Assembly (NCBI GenBank): GCA_965261815.1 | Contig: CBDHDR010000002.1 | Span: forward strand, 2,000,143 to 2,064,142 | Direction: 5' to 3' | Length of the DNA: 64,000 nucleotides | Source: Dehalococcoidia bacterium | GTDB taxonomy: Bacteria > Chloroflexota > Dehalococcoidia > Lucifugimonadales > CAZENU01 | In this document: piece after piece, positions 19,397 to 27,990 of the stretch | How the letters are laid out: every line of letters starts with the position of its first letter | Numbering within the stretch: the first letter of the stretch is position 1 | The notes under the pieces: generated by a model | Databases searched by the model: none | Told to the model about the DNA's origin: nothing | The model's input: the letters and a program-made list of their open reading frames with translations, nothing else | Made by a program: the position numbers and the translations under genes

Positions 19397-20695
19397 GTGG
19401 ACGAATTACAGCGACACCGGCTCCTCCGTCGAGGGGTCACCGAGATCATCGTCGAGTCCGAGTTCGTCGAGCTGCTGGACAGCGGACGGCCGCTCCGCCT
19501 CAAGATGGGCTTCGACCCGAGCGCTCCCGACCTGCACATGGGGCACGCCGTCGGCCTGCGCAAGCTGCGGCAGCTCCAGGAGCTCGGCCACAAGGTCGTC
19601 GTCATCGTGGGCGACTGGACGGCGCAGATCGGCGATCCCAGCGGCCGCTCGGCCACCCGGCCCATGCTCACGCAGGAGCAGGTGCTCCAGAACGCCGAGA
19701 CGTACCTCGCGCAGTTCTTCAAGATCGTCGACCGCGCCCGGACCGAGACGCGCCTGCAGAGCGACTGGTTCGGGCCCTTCACCCTGGCGGACGTGATCCG
19801 GCTTACCAGCCGCTTCACCGTGGCCCAGATCCTGGCCCGCGACGACTTCGCGAAGCGGTACGCCGCCAATCAGCCCATCGCCGTCACGGAGTTGCTCTAC
19901 CCGCTGCTCCAGGCCTACGACTCCATCGCCGTGGACGCCGACGTCGAGTTCGGTGGCACGGACCAAAGGTTCAACCTGCTCATGGGCCGCGACCTGCAGG
20001 AGATGATGGGCCAGCGCGCCCAGCAGTGCCTCATGATGCCGCTTCTCCCGGGCACCGACGGCATACAGAAGATGAGCAAGAGCCTGAACAACTACATCGG
20101 CGTGGACGACCCGCCCAACGAGATGTACGTGAAGACGATGCGCCTGCCCGACTTCGCATCCAAGCCCGCCGACGAGACGGCGCTGGACCGGCCGACCGCC
20201 GGGAGCGCGTCGACCCTGGTGGGCGGCCAGCTATCGCTGATACTGCTCTTCCTCGACTGCCTCACCGACGTGCCGGACGCCGAGATCGCCGAGATGCGCG
20301 CCGCTCTCGAGAACGGCGCGGTGAACCCGATGGAGCTCAAGAAGCGCCTGGCGCGCGAGCTCGTCGTGCAGTTCCACGGCCAGGATCAGGCCGCCGCTGC
20401 GGAGCGCAACTTCGAGCGCACCGTTCAGCAGGGCGAGACGCCCGATGAGATGGCCGTCTACAGGCTGCCGGCCGCCGACGATCTGAAGGGCAAGCGTCTC
20501 AGCCACCTGCTGGCGGACGCGGGACTGGCCGCCAGCGGGGGCGAGGCCAGGCGGCTCATCGACCAGGGCGCCGTCTCGGTCAACGGCCAGACCGTGGAGG
20601 CCAACCTTGCCGCGGACGCGGTGGGCCTCGCCACGGACGACGTGGTCAGGGTGGGCCGCGGCCGATACGTTCGCGTCGTCGCCCCAGAGGCGTAG
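19397..20695 (+). CDS. tyrS: tyrosine--tRNA ligase
   Basis: LKMGFDPSAPDLHMGHAV (HIGH), KMSKSLNN (KMSKS) and a C-terminal S4-like domain (GEARRLIDQGAVSVNG). GTG 19397 lies just after the ribF stop. The track start at 19094 overlaps ribF and is rejected. Confidence 0.9.
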   Translation: MDELQRHRLLRRGVTEIIVESEFVELLDSGRPLRLKMGFDPSAPDLHMGHAVGLRKLRQLQELGHKVVVIVGDWTAQIGDPSGRSATRPMLTQEQVLQNAETYLAQFFKIVDRARTETRLQSDWFGPFTLADVIRLTSRFTVAQILARDDFAKRYAANQPIAVTELLYPLLQAYDSIAVDADVEFGGTDQRFNLLMGRDLQEMMGQRAQQCLMMPLLPGTDGIQKMSKSLNNYIGVDDPPNEMYVKTMRLPDFASKPADETALDRPTAGSASTLVGGQLSLILLFLDCLTDVPDAEIAEMRAALENGAVNPMELKKRLARELVVQFHGQDQAAAAERNFERTVQQGETPDEMAVYRLPAADDLKGKRLSHLLADAGLAASGGEARRLIDQGAVSVNGQTVEANLAADAVGLATDDVVRVGRGRYVRVVAPEA

Positions 20696-20733
20696 CCGCG
20701 CCCGTTCCCCGACCCGCTGCATGTCCGGCGGCG

Positions 20734-20989
20734 CCCCCACCTCCGTCATTGCTATGAAAATAGACGTGCCACGCCCCACCCGTCGTTCCCGCGAAGGCGG
20801 GAACCCATCCCCGCCCTTGGACTCTGGACCAAACGCCGGGGGCAGCAGCACCCATTTACATACCCTTATGTGGCCTGCGCAAGGCCATGGTGTTTCCCGC
20901 GAACGCAGGAATCCATCCCCGACCGGGTGCCCCACCATGACACCGGAAGCAGTCCGTCACGCCCCCCTGCCCAATCAGGTGGGGAATCT
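20734..20989 (+). repeat. REP1 mosaic element (degenerate or expanded copy)
   Basis: Contains CGTCGTTCCCGCGAAGGCGGGAACCCATCCCCG, a second palindrome TTTCCCGCGAACGCAGGAATCC, and the right-hand module ATGACACCGGAAGCAGTCCGTCAC...CAATCAGGTGGGGAAT seen at 31.8, 35.2 and 40.6 kb. Confidence 0.7.
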
Positions 20990-21006
20990 GGCGCCCCGCG
21001 GGCGCT

Positions 21007-21016
21007 GTGCTAGAAT
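21007..21016 (+). promoter_or_regulatory. putative extended -10 promoter element GTGCTAGAAT
   Basis: Same 10-mer as at 4361-4370. It lies 40 nt upstream of the TTG start at 21056. Confidence 0.3.
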
Positions 21017-21055
21017 CGCCCCATACGCACTCGATTCACTCACGGAGCACGTAAG

Positions 21056-22138
21056 TTGAACCTGAGACTTCCCGGCCCCATACCCGTACCCGAAGATATC
21101 CTGGAGACCATGTCGCGGCCGATGATCAACCACCGCGGCCCTCAGTTCAAGGAGATGCTCTACCGGGTCACCGACAGGCTCAAGCGGGTCTTCAAGACGG
21201 ACGGGGACCTCTTCATCCTGACGTCCTCCGGGACGGGCGCTATGGAGGCGGCCATCGTCAACACGCTGTCTCCGGGCGACCGTGTGCTCTGCACGAGCAT
21301 GGGGTACTTCGGCGACAGGTTCGGCGAGATCGCGTCCCGGTACGGTGCGGACGTCAGGATGCTGAGCTTCGATCCGGGCGCGGCAGTCGACCCGGACGCG
21401 GTCAGGAGCGCCCTGGAGGGCGATCCTGACGTCAAGGCGGTGCTCGTGACCCACAACGAGACGTCCACGGGCGTCTCCAACGACATGGAGGCGATCGGCG
21501 GCGTGGTGAAAGGCGAGTTCGACAGGCTGCTTCTGGTCGACGGCATCAGCAGCGTCTGCTCGCTGCCTCTGGAGACCGACGCCTGGGGCTGCGACGTGGT
21601 CGCTACGGCTTCCCAGAAGGGCTGGATGCTGCCGCCCGGCCTCGCGTTCCTCAGCTTCAGCGACGCCGCGTGGGAGGCCCACGCCGGGGCCACCATGCCG
21701 AGGTACTACTTCGACGTCGAGCAGTACCGGCACTACTTCGAGATGGGCCAGCCGCCGTACACGCCCGCGCTGTCAGTGATGTTCGCGCTGGACGCCGCCC
21801 TGGAGAGCATCATGGAGGAGGGCGTCGACGGCCTGTGGGAGCGCCACGCCTCCATCGCCCAGATGACCCGCGACGGGATCGAGGCGCTCGGACTGTCGCT
21901 CTTCCCCGACGAGAGCGTCGCGTCCGACACGGTGACCGCCGTCGCGGTGCCCGAGAACGTCGATGCCGACAAGCTGCTCGCCATCGTGCGCGAGGACTAC
22001 GGCGTCGTGCTGGCGGCGGGCCAGGGAGCCCAGAAGGGCAAGCTGTTCCGCATCGGCCACATGGGCCGCGTCACCCCCGAAGAAATCCAGGAGACCCTGG
22101 ACGCCCTGAAGGCCGCCCTACCGCGGGCGACTGCCTGA
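21056..22138 (+). CDS. class V aminotransferase (serine-pyruvate / alanine-glyoxylate aminotransferase family)
   Basis: LPGPIPVPEDIL...HRGPQF...SSGTGAMEAA...ATASQKGWMLPPG (PLP lysine motif)...FRIGHMG. Length 360 aa. Confidence 0.85.
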   Translation: MNLRLPGPIPVPEDILETMSRPMINHRGPQFKEMLYRVTDRLKRVFKTDGDLFILTSSGTGAMEAAIVNTLSPGDRVLCTSMGYFGDRFGEIASRYGADVRMLSFDPGAAVDPDAVRSALEGDPDVKAVLVTHNETSTGVSNDMEAIGGVVKGEFDRLLLVDGISSVCSLPLETDAWGCDVVATASQKGWMLPPGLAFLSFSDAAWEAHAGATMPRYYFDVEQYRHYFEMGQPPYTPALSVMFALDAALESIMEEGVDGLWERHASIAQMTRDGIEALGLSLFPDESVASDTVTAVAVPENVDADKLLAIVREDYGVVLAAGQGAQKGKLFRIGHMGRVTPEEIQETLDALKAALPRATA

Positions 22139-22307
22139 CCGGCCCGCGGTGAGCTTGGCCCGGCTGGGCACCCTGCGACAGCGCGGCTCCGGTCGTGTCC
22201 GTAGCATAAGGAGCTTGGATATGGGGCAGCCGCGAGAGCCAGCGCAGTTTGTTGGCGGGTGAGTCGGCTGACCGGCAGTAGCTTGTCGCTGCGGAATAGA
22301 ACGCCAA

Positions 22308-25300
22308 ATGCCCAAACACATCGATCCGAACGACCCGAAGTATCGTGAAGCCGCCGCCGAGATACTGCGGCGGCATGACAACTTCGAGCCCGAGGCCAAC
22401 ATCACGAGCGCGGTGCGGGATTTTCTCATCCGTACCGGCCTGGTCCGGGGCGACGAGATGGTCGAAGAGAACCCGCCGGCGAGCGCCTCCCGCCGCGCCG
22501 TCGACCTGACTGCCCTCGACACGTTCATCGAGTTCAAGCGGCGCATCGGCACAGCGGCGGGCGGCGAACCCGATCCTGAGAACGTCAAACAGTTGGACGA
22601 CTACCTGGCCCAGTCGGCGCGGCAGGGCAGGGTCCGCATGGGCGTCCTCACGGACGGCAAGCGGTGGCTGCTGCGCTGGCCCGGAGCGGGCGATGTCCAG
22701 ATGACCCGACCGTATGCCTTCACCCTGGAGGGGCCGGACGGGTGGCTGTTCCTTCGCAATTGGCTGCGGGACTCGGCCCTGGTCTCCCCGGATAACGTCA
22801 CCCTCAACGAGCAAGGAATCAGGGACCAGTTCGGTCCGGGCAGCCCCTCGTACCAGCGCGATATCGCGGCCCTGAAGACGCTCTACCAGGAAAACGCGGA
22901 GCTGGAGACGATTCGCGTCAAGCGGCGGCTGTGGTTCGACCTGCTGCGGACCGCCCTGGGCGAGATCGCCTACAGCCCGGAGGGGATGAGCGAGGAGTCG
23001 CGCGCGAGGCTCGAGAAGGTCGGCGTCGGTACGGAGGAGATGGACGACCTGTTCGTCCGGCACACCTACCTGGGCGCCGTCATCGGCATGGTGGTGCAGG
23101 CCTCCCTCGGCATCGACATCCGACGCTTGGCGGAGACCGACCCCGCCGACCTGCTCGAGGGCAGGGAGCTGCAGAGCGCCACGGGACTGTCGGGTGTGCT
23201 GGAAGCGGACTTCTTCGCGTGGCCGAACGAGGTTGGCGGCATTCCGCTGTTGCGGACTCTTGCCCGCCGGGTGGCCCGGTTCGACTGGGCCAAGGCGCCC
23301 GCGGACACCGCCGCGACGCTGTACGAGACGGTTATACCGCCGGAGGAGCGGCGGCAGTTGGGGGAGTACTACACCCCCGCGTGGCTGGTCCGCGCCATGA
23401 CAGAAGAGCTGGTGGAGGACCCGCTGGAGCAGCGCGTGCTCGACCCGGCCTGCGGCTCCGGCACCTTCGTGGCCGAGGCGGTCACCCACTTCATCGACGC
23501 CGCCAAAGAGGCCGGCTGGAAGCCCTGGGACGTGCTCAGCGGGCTTCGGCAGGCAGTCACCGGCATCGACGTCCACCCGGTGGCGGTGCACCTGGCGCGG
23601 GCCGCGTGGACGCTCGCCGCGCGCCCGGCCATCGACGACGCCAGAAAAGCCAATAGAGACGCCCGACTCGACGCGTCACTGTCCATCCCCGTTTACCTGG
23701 GCGACGCGCTGCAGCTCCGGTTTCGCACGGACATGTTCGCCGAGAAGGAGGTCACCATTCAGACCGGCGACGAGGAGAACACCGAGCTGGTCTTTCCGGT
23801 CAGCCTGGTGGAGCGGGCCGAGAACTTCGACGCCCTGATGGGGGACGTTTCGGCGTACGTGAAGGACGGAGAAGACCCGCTGATGGCCCTGGACGACCAC
23901 CACATCAACGACCCCGACGAGCGCCGGGTCATCAGCAACACGATAGGTGCCATGCAGCGGCTCCACAAACGGGGGCGCGACCATATCTGGGCCTACTATA
24001 TCCGCAACATGGTGCGCCCGGTGGCGCTGTACCGCTCCAAGGTGGACGTGGTGATCGGCAACCCGCCCTGGATCAACTACAACCAGACGGCGGACGTGCT
24101 GCGCGACGAGCTGGTGAGCCTGAGCCGGTCCCGCTACGGCATCTGGGCCGGGGGACGATACGCGACCCACCAGGACGTGGCGGGGCTCTTCTTCGCCCGC
24201 AGCGTCGACCTGTACCTGAAGGACGGGGGCGTCATCGGCTTCGTGCTGCCCCACAGCGCGTTGCAGGCCGGTCAATACTCCAAGTGGCGCAGCGGGCGGT
24301 GGCGCGCCGGCAAGTCGGGACCGGGCGTCCAGGTGGACTTCACCTTCAAGACGGCCTGGGACCTGGAGCCGCTGGAACCGAACAGCTTCTTCCCGGTGCC
24401 CGCCTCGGTGGTCTTCGCCCGCAAGCTTCCCCAGGACGCCGCCGGCAAGCCGCTGGCCGGCTCGGTGGAGCGGTGGGAGGGAACGGCGGGCGCCGACGAC
24501 GTGCGGCGGGAGTCCGTGGGCATCACCGACACCGGAGCGGCGGGGGACTCGCCCTACGGTGGCTACTCCCGCCAGGGCGCGACCATAGTGCCCCGCCGCC
24601 TGTTCTTCGTCAACGAAACGGAAAACAGGGCCATCGTGCAGGCCGCGCCCACGGTCACCGTCAACCCCCGCAAGGGCAGCAAGGACAAGGCGCCCTGGAA
24701 GGACCTCGACCTGGCCTCAATCACCGGCCAGACCGTCGAGGACCTGCATCTCTTCGACGTTCACCTGGGAGAGACGGTCGCCCCCTATGTCACGCTGGAA
24801 CCGCTGAAAGCGCTGCTACCGCTGAAGCGGGGCGACGCCGCCATACCCACCGATGACGACGGCCCCGGCGGCATCCGGCTGGGCGGGCTCGAACGAAGGA
24901 TGCGGCAGCGCTGGCGGACCGTCAGCCGCCTGTGGGAGGACAACAAAGCACTGGCCAACAACCTGAACTTGTTGGGGAGGCTGGACTACGTGCGCAACCT
25001 GTCCTCGCAACTGGAGTGGCAGCAGGATTCGGACGACGGACAGGTGCGCGTGGTGTACACCAAGTCAGGTCAGCCGACCGCTGCGGTCCTTCACGACACT
25101 GAGGTACTGGTTGACCATCTTCTCTACTGGATCCCGTGTAGGACCACAGATGAAGCCAGCTACCTGTTGGCCATTATCAACAGCGACGTCCTGCGGGAAG
25201 CCGTGACTCCGCTAATGTCCAAGGGTCAGTATGGGGCGCGGGACCTTCACAAGCACCTGTGGAAACTATTGATCCCGGAGTTCGACCCTGGGCAGCAGCT

Positions 25301-25505
25301 ACACGTAGACATCGCCGAGGCCGGGTCAGCGGCGGCAGCCGGAGCGCGGGCGCAGTTGGCGCGACTGCGCGAGGAGCGGGGCGACAAGCTGACCGTGACC
25401 ATCGCGCGCCGGGAGCTGCGTGGGTGGCTGGCCACGTCACCGGAGGGAAGAGTTGTGGAGAACGCGGTGGGCAAGTTGCTTGCGAAGGAAGTGGGGGCTC
25501 CTTAG
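22308..25505 (+). CDS. Type IIG-like restriction-modification fusion: N-terminal PD-(D/E)xK-type nuclease motif, gamma-class N6-adenine DNA methyltransferase core, long C-terminal specificity region
   Basis: D66-x8-E75-F-K77 (AVDLTALDTFIEFK, nt 22503-22538). FxGxG-type motif I VLDPACGSGTF (about nt 23436-23468) is preceded by EYYTP. Motif IV is VIGNPPWINY (about nt 24058-24075). The C-terminal ...LLAIINSDVL...LIPEFDP resembles the target-recognition ends of MmeI/Eco57I-like enzymes. Confidence 0.7.
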   Translation: MPKHIDPNDPKYREAAAEILRRHDNFEPEANITSAVRDFLIRTGLVRGDEMVEENPPASASRRAVDLTALDTFIEFKRRIGTAAGGEPDPENVKQLDDYLAQSARQGRVRMGVLTDGKRWLLRWPGAGDVQMTRPYAFTLEGPDGWLFLRNWLRDSALVSPDNVTLNEQGIRDQFGPGSPSYQRDIAALKTLYQENAELETIRVKRRLWFDLLRTALGEIAYSPEGMSEESRARLEKVGVGTEEMDDLFVRHTYLGAVIGMVVQASLGIDIRRLAETDPADLLEGRELQSATGLSGVLEADFFAWPNEVGGIPLLRTLARRVARFDWAKAPADTAATLYETVIPPEERRQLGEYYTPAWLVRAMTEELVEDPLEQRVLDPACGSGTFVAEAVTHFIDAAKEAGWKPWDVLSGLRQAVTGIDVHPVAVHLARAAWTLAARPAIDDARKANRDARLDASLSIPVYLGDALQLRFRTDMFAEKEVTIQTGDEENTELVFPVSLVERAENFDALMGDVSAYVKDGEDPLMALDDHHINDPDERRVISNTIGAMQRLHKRGRDHIWAYYIRNMVRPVALYRSKVDVVIGNPPWINYNQTADVLRDELVSLSRSRYGIWAGGRYATHQDVAGLFFARSVDLYLKDGGVIGFVLPHSALQAGQYSKWRSGRWRAGKSGPGVQVDFTFKTAWDLEPLEPNSFFPVPASVVFARKLPQDAAGKPLAGSVERWEGTAGADDVRRESVGITDTGAAGDSPYGGYSRQGATIVPRRLFFVNETENRAIVQAAPTVTVNPRKGSKDKAPWKDLDLASITGQTVEDLHLFDVHLGETVAPYVTLEPLKALLPLKRGDAAIPTDDDGPGGIRLGGLERRMRQRWRTVSRLWEDNKALANNLNLLGRLDYVRNLSSQLEWQQDSDDGQVRVVYTKSGQPTAAVLHDTEVLVDHLLYWIPCRTTDEASYLLAIINSDVLREAVTPLMSKGQYGARDLHKHLWKLLIPEFDPGQQLHVDIAEAGSAAAAGARAQLARLREERGDKLTVTIARRELRGWLATSPEGRVVENAVGKLLAKEVGAP

Positions 25506-25530
25506 CATCTGCCAGATCGTGGTAGATGCA

Positions 25531-25995
25531 CTACTCGCGACGCAAGACCATAGCGTAATCGGGATTTGGATTGTCGGACCCCGGTATTTTCTGGTATCCG
25601 CGCTTTTTGAGTTTCTTCCGTAAGAACTTGTTGAAGACATCCTCTACCCACACCAGCCGACACCCGGCTTGGTGGGCGACTTCCTCGACCTCATCCATGA
25701 ACGCTGAGAATAGTCCCGTTCGGCGTGGGGGCGGTTGCTTGCATTCATAGTTGTCTGGCCGGTCGTGATTCTGTACACGTCGAACGATTAGCGTATCGGG
25801 TCTTATTCCACGTTCAAGATCCTCGCGCCTGAATTCGCGCAAGGGACCGTCGTGGGCTATCCCCTTTTGCACTTCTCCCTCGAAGGGCCCCTTCCAAACG
25901 TAACCAATCTGCCCCTCAAAGTCCTCAGCTTCCCAGAAGTCTTGGACAGAATCGAAGCGCCAACGCTTGGTTGCCTCATCAAATCTGCCTGCCAT
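25531..25995 (-). CDS. hypothetical protein, possibly with an acetyltransferase-like C-terminus
   Basis: 154 aa in a lower-GC segment. RRTGLFSAFMDEVEEVAHQAGCRLVWVEDVFNKFLRKKLKKRGY loosely resembles GNAT motif A (R-x-x-G-x-A) plus the following helix. This is a weak assignment. Confidence 0.4.
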   Translation of the reverse strand: MAGRFDEATKRWRFDSVQDFWEAEDFEGQIGYVWKGPFEGEVQKGIAHDGPLREFRREDLERGIRPDTLIVRRVQNHDRPDNYECKQPPPRRTGLFSAFMDEVEEVAHQAGCRLVWVEDVFNKFLRKKLKKRGYQKIPGSDNPNPDYAMVLRRE

Positions 25996-26033
25996 AACAA
26001 TCCTCCTACCGTCGTGTCCATCACTCCGCCTCC

Positions 26034-26801
26034 CTAGTTGTCTCGACGTCCCGTGCCTCTATAGGCTGCCGCTACTCGCGATCTGAGCCATACGGATAGA
26101 GGTGGAACGTACTTGTAGGCCAGCTTAAGGAGCAGCCAGATGACGAACGCGACTAAGGCGATTCCAGCTAGAATCGCGAGAGGGATGAGTATGAAGTTCT
26201 TGATGTAGTTCTCGTCGCGGGATTGGAAATAGACTATCCCGACCAAACCCATGCCAAGCAAGATAGTCGAGATGCCTTTCAAAGAACGTACGTAGACCCA
26301 ACCCCGGCGGATTCTGGCACTCAACGCTTCGGCCCATACCGCAGGCACGGTCAGCAACAACAGCATCAGGGCAATGACGACACCTGGTGTGCTTTCCCCT
26401 ATGGTTTGAAGTCCAGCGAGGGTCGTCGCCACGGCCGCGATAAACATCGCGTAGGTACTAGATGTGAATCGTCCTCTATTGCTTATCAGCAGGCTGATAA
26501 TCGCTGCGTGCCCTGCGCTCAATGTCAGGACTGCAACTTTCCGCTCGATGATCGGTTGGAACCAGTCCTGGATGCGCAAGGGCCAAAGATCATCTAATGC
26601 CAGGGAACACACCAGCAACGCGATAGGGGCAAGGCCGGCAGCGCGGATTGCTCCGGTGAGAGCAGACCGACTGCCCTCTTGGTGTTCCCCCGGCGTCTCG
26701 GCATCAACCGGTTGCTTCGTATCTGCCGCTGGACGAGGTGCTGATCCACGATTCAAGCCAGCCCGCTTTGATCTGGATCGTCGTCGTCTCTTCTTTGCCA
26801 T
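26034..26801 (-). CDS. hypothetical multi-pass membrane protein with Lys/Arg-rich N-terminus
   Basis: MAKKRRRRSRSKRAG... followed by about 5-6 hydrophobic helices. Lower GC (about 48% in line 26161-26220). Same strand as 25531..25995 and 38 nt upstream of it. Confidence 0.5.
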   Translation of the reverse strand: MAKKRRRRSRSKRAGLNRGSAPRPAADTKQPVDAETPGEHQEGSRSALTGAIRAAGLAPIALLVCSLALDDLWPLRIQDWFQPIIERKVAVLTLSAGHAAIISLLISNRGRFTSSTYAMFIAAVATTLAGLQTIGESTPGVVIALMLLLLTVPAVWAEALSARIRRGWVYVRSLKGISTILLGMGLVGIVYFQSRDENYIKNFILIPLAILAGIALVAFVIWLLLKLAYKYVPPLSVWLRSRVAAAYRGTGRRDN

Positions 26802-26966
26802 CGCCTCTCCTAATGGCGAATGTGGGGAGGGACGGCGGCATCACCGTAGTCGCGACGTTCTCGAGACTGAGACCACAACGACGATAGTGGGGAACCCAGC
26901 TAACATACTCGCGTTCGTACGGCCATCCCTGAACACTGAACGCTGCGACAGTCCGTCGACGCCAGG

Positions 26967-27944
26967 CTACGCCATCGGTATATCCACCGCCTGGCCGGTG
27001 TCCTGGGACTTGTGCAGTGCGAGGATGGCCTCCAGCGACGCTCTGCCGTCCTGGCCGGTCATGATCGGCGGGCGGCCCTCTATGATGCTGGCGACGAACT
27101 CGTCCGTCTCGGCGTTCGTGTCCCGGTCGTACACGTCGACGTTCTGCCAGCCGCCTTTCCCCAGCCTCACCTCGTCTCTGTCCGCCTCGATCATCCCCTT
27201 CGTGCCGACGAACCGCCACTCGCCTCGGCTCGCTCCGGGGTCGGAGTTGCCCTCCATGACGACGGCGAAGGCGCCGTTCCTGAACTTGAACGCGCCGATG
27301 CCGTTGTCCTCGCCGTCGCCAGAGGAGACGTAGTTGCCCATTCCGGCACTGTACGCTTGCGAGAACTCGTCGCCGGCGAACCACCTGATCTGGTCGGTGA
27401 AGTGCGTGCCCTCCCAGACCCAGAAGCCGCCTCCAGACGAGCGCCAGCGGAACCACCGGTCCGGCCCGGAGCCGTAGGGCGGCATCAACCGCGTCCAGCT
27501 TATCCAGATCAGCTCCCCGATCTCGCCCGCGTCGAGTAGCTGCTTCGCCTTCCGGTCCGCGGGGTTGAAGCGCCACGTCTGCGCGAACATCAGGTTCACG
27601 CCGGTCTTCTCGGCCGCCGCGATCATCCCGTCGCACTCCTGCAGCGTCACCGCGAACGGAGTCGCCACCATGACGTGCTTTCCGGCCTCCGCCGCGGTGA
27701 TTGCCGGAGCGGCATGGTGGACCGAGGGGGTGACGACATCGACCGCGTCGACGGCCGGGTCCTTCACCAGCTCCTCGACGCTCGTGTACGCCTTGACCCC
27801 GTGCTCGGACGCGACCTTCTCGGCCCGCTCAGGCACGACGTCGCACACCGCGACCAGCTCTGCGTTGTCTCTGGCGGCGTACTTGGCGGACTGGCTCGAC
27901 CCCCTGTGGCCTGTCCCTACTACTGCCACGCCTATCTTCGCCAT
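26967..27944 (-). CDS. Gfo/Idh/MocA family oxidoreductase (tandem paralog A)
   Basis: MAKIGVAVVGTGHRG... Rossmann N-terminus and EKP-like ATPFA segment. 325 aa. Roughly 85% identical by eye to the neighbour at 27991..28968. Confidence 0.85.
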   Translation of the reverse strand: MAKIGVAVVGTGHRGSSQSAKYAARDNAELVAVCDVVPERAEKVASEHGVKAYTSVEELVKDPAVDAVDVVTPSVHHAAPAITAAEAGKHVMVATPFAVTLQECDGMIAAAEKTGVNLMFAQTWRFNPADRKAKQLLDAGEIGELIWISWTRLMPPYGSGPDRWFRWRSSGGGFWVWEGTHFTDQIRWFAGDEFSQAYSAGMGNYVSSGDGEDNGIGAFKFRNGAFAVVMEGNSDPGASRGEWRFVGTKGMIEADRDEVRLGKGGWQNVDVYDRDTNAETDEFVASIIEGRPPIMTGQDGRASLEAILALHKSQDTGQAVDIPMA

Positions 27945-27990
27945 CTGCAGCTCCTTTTCGGGTCTCTGTCGGGCGTCCGTCCGTCCCTTG

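Noticed and set aside
22140-26966. Prophage or integrative element with integrase and att sites around the R-M insert
   Set aside because: No integrase, transposase, tRNA or flanking direct repeats could be found by eye. Only the compositional shift and gene content suggest acquisition.
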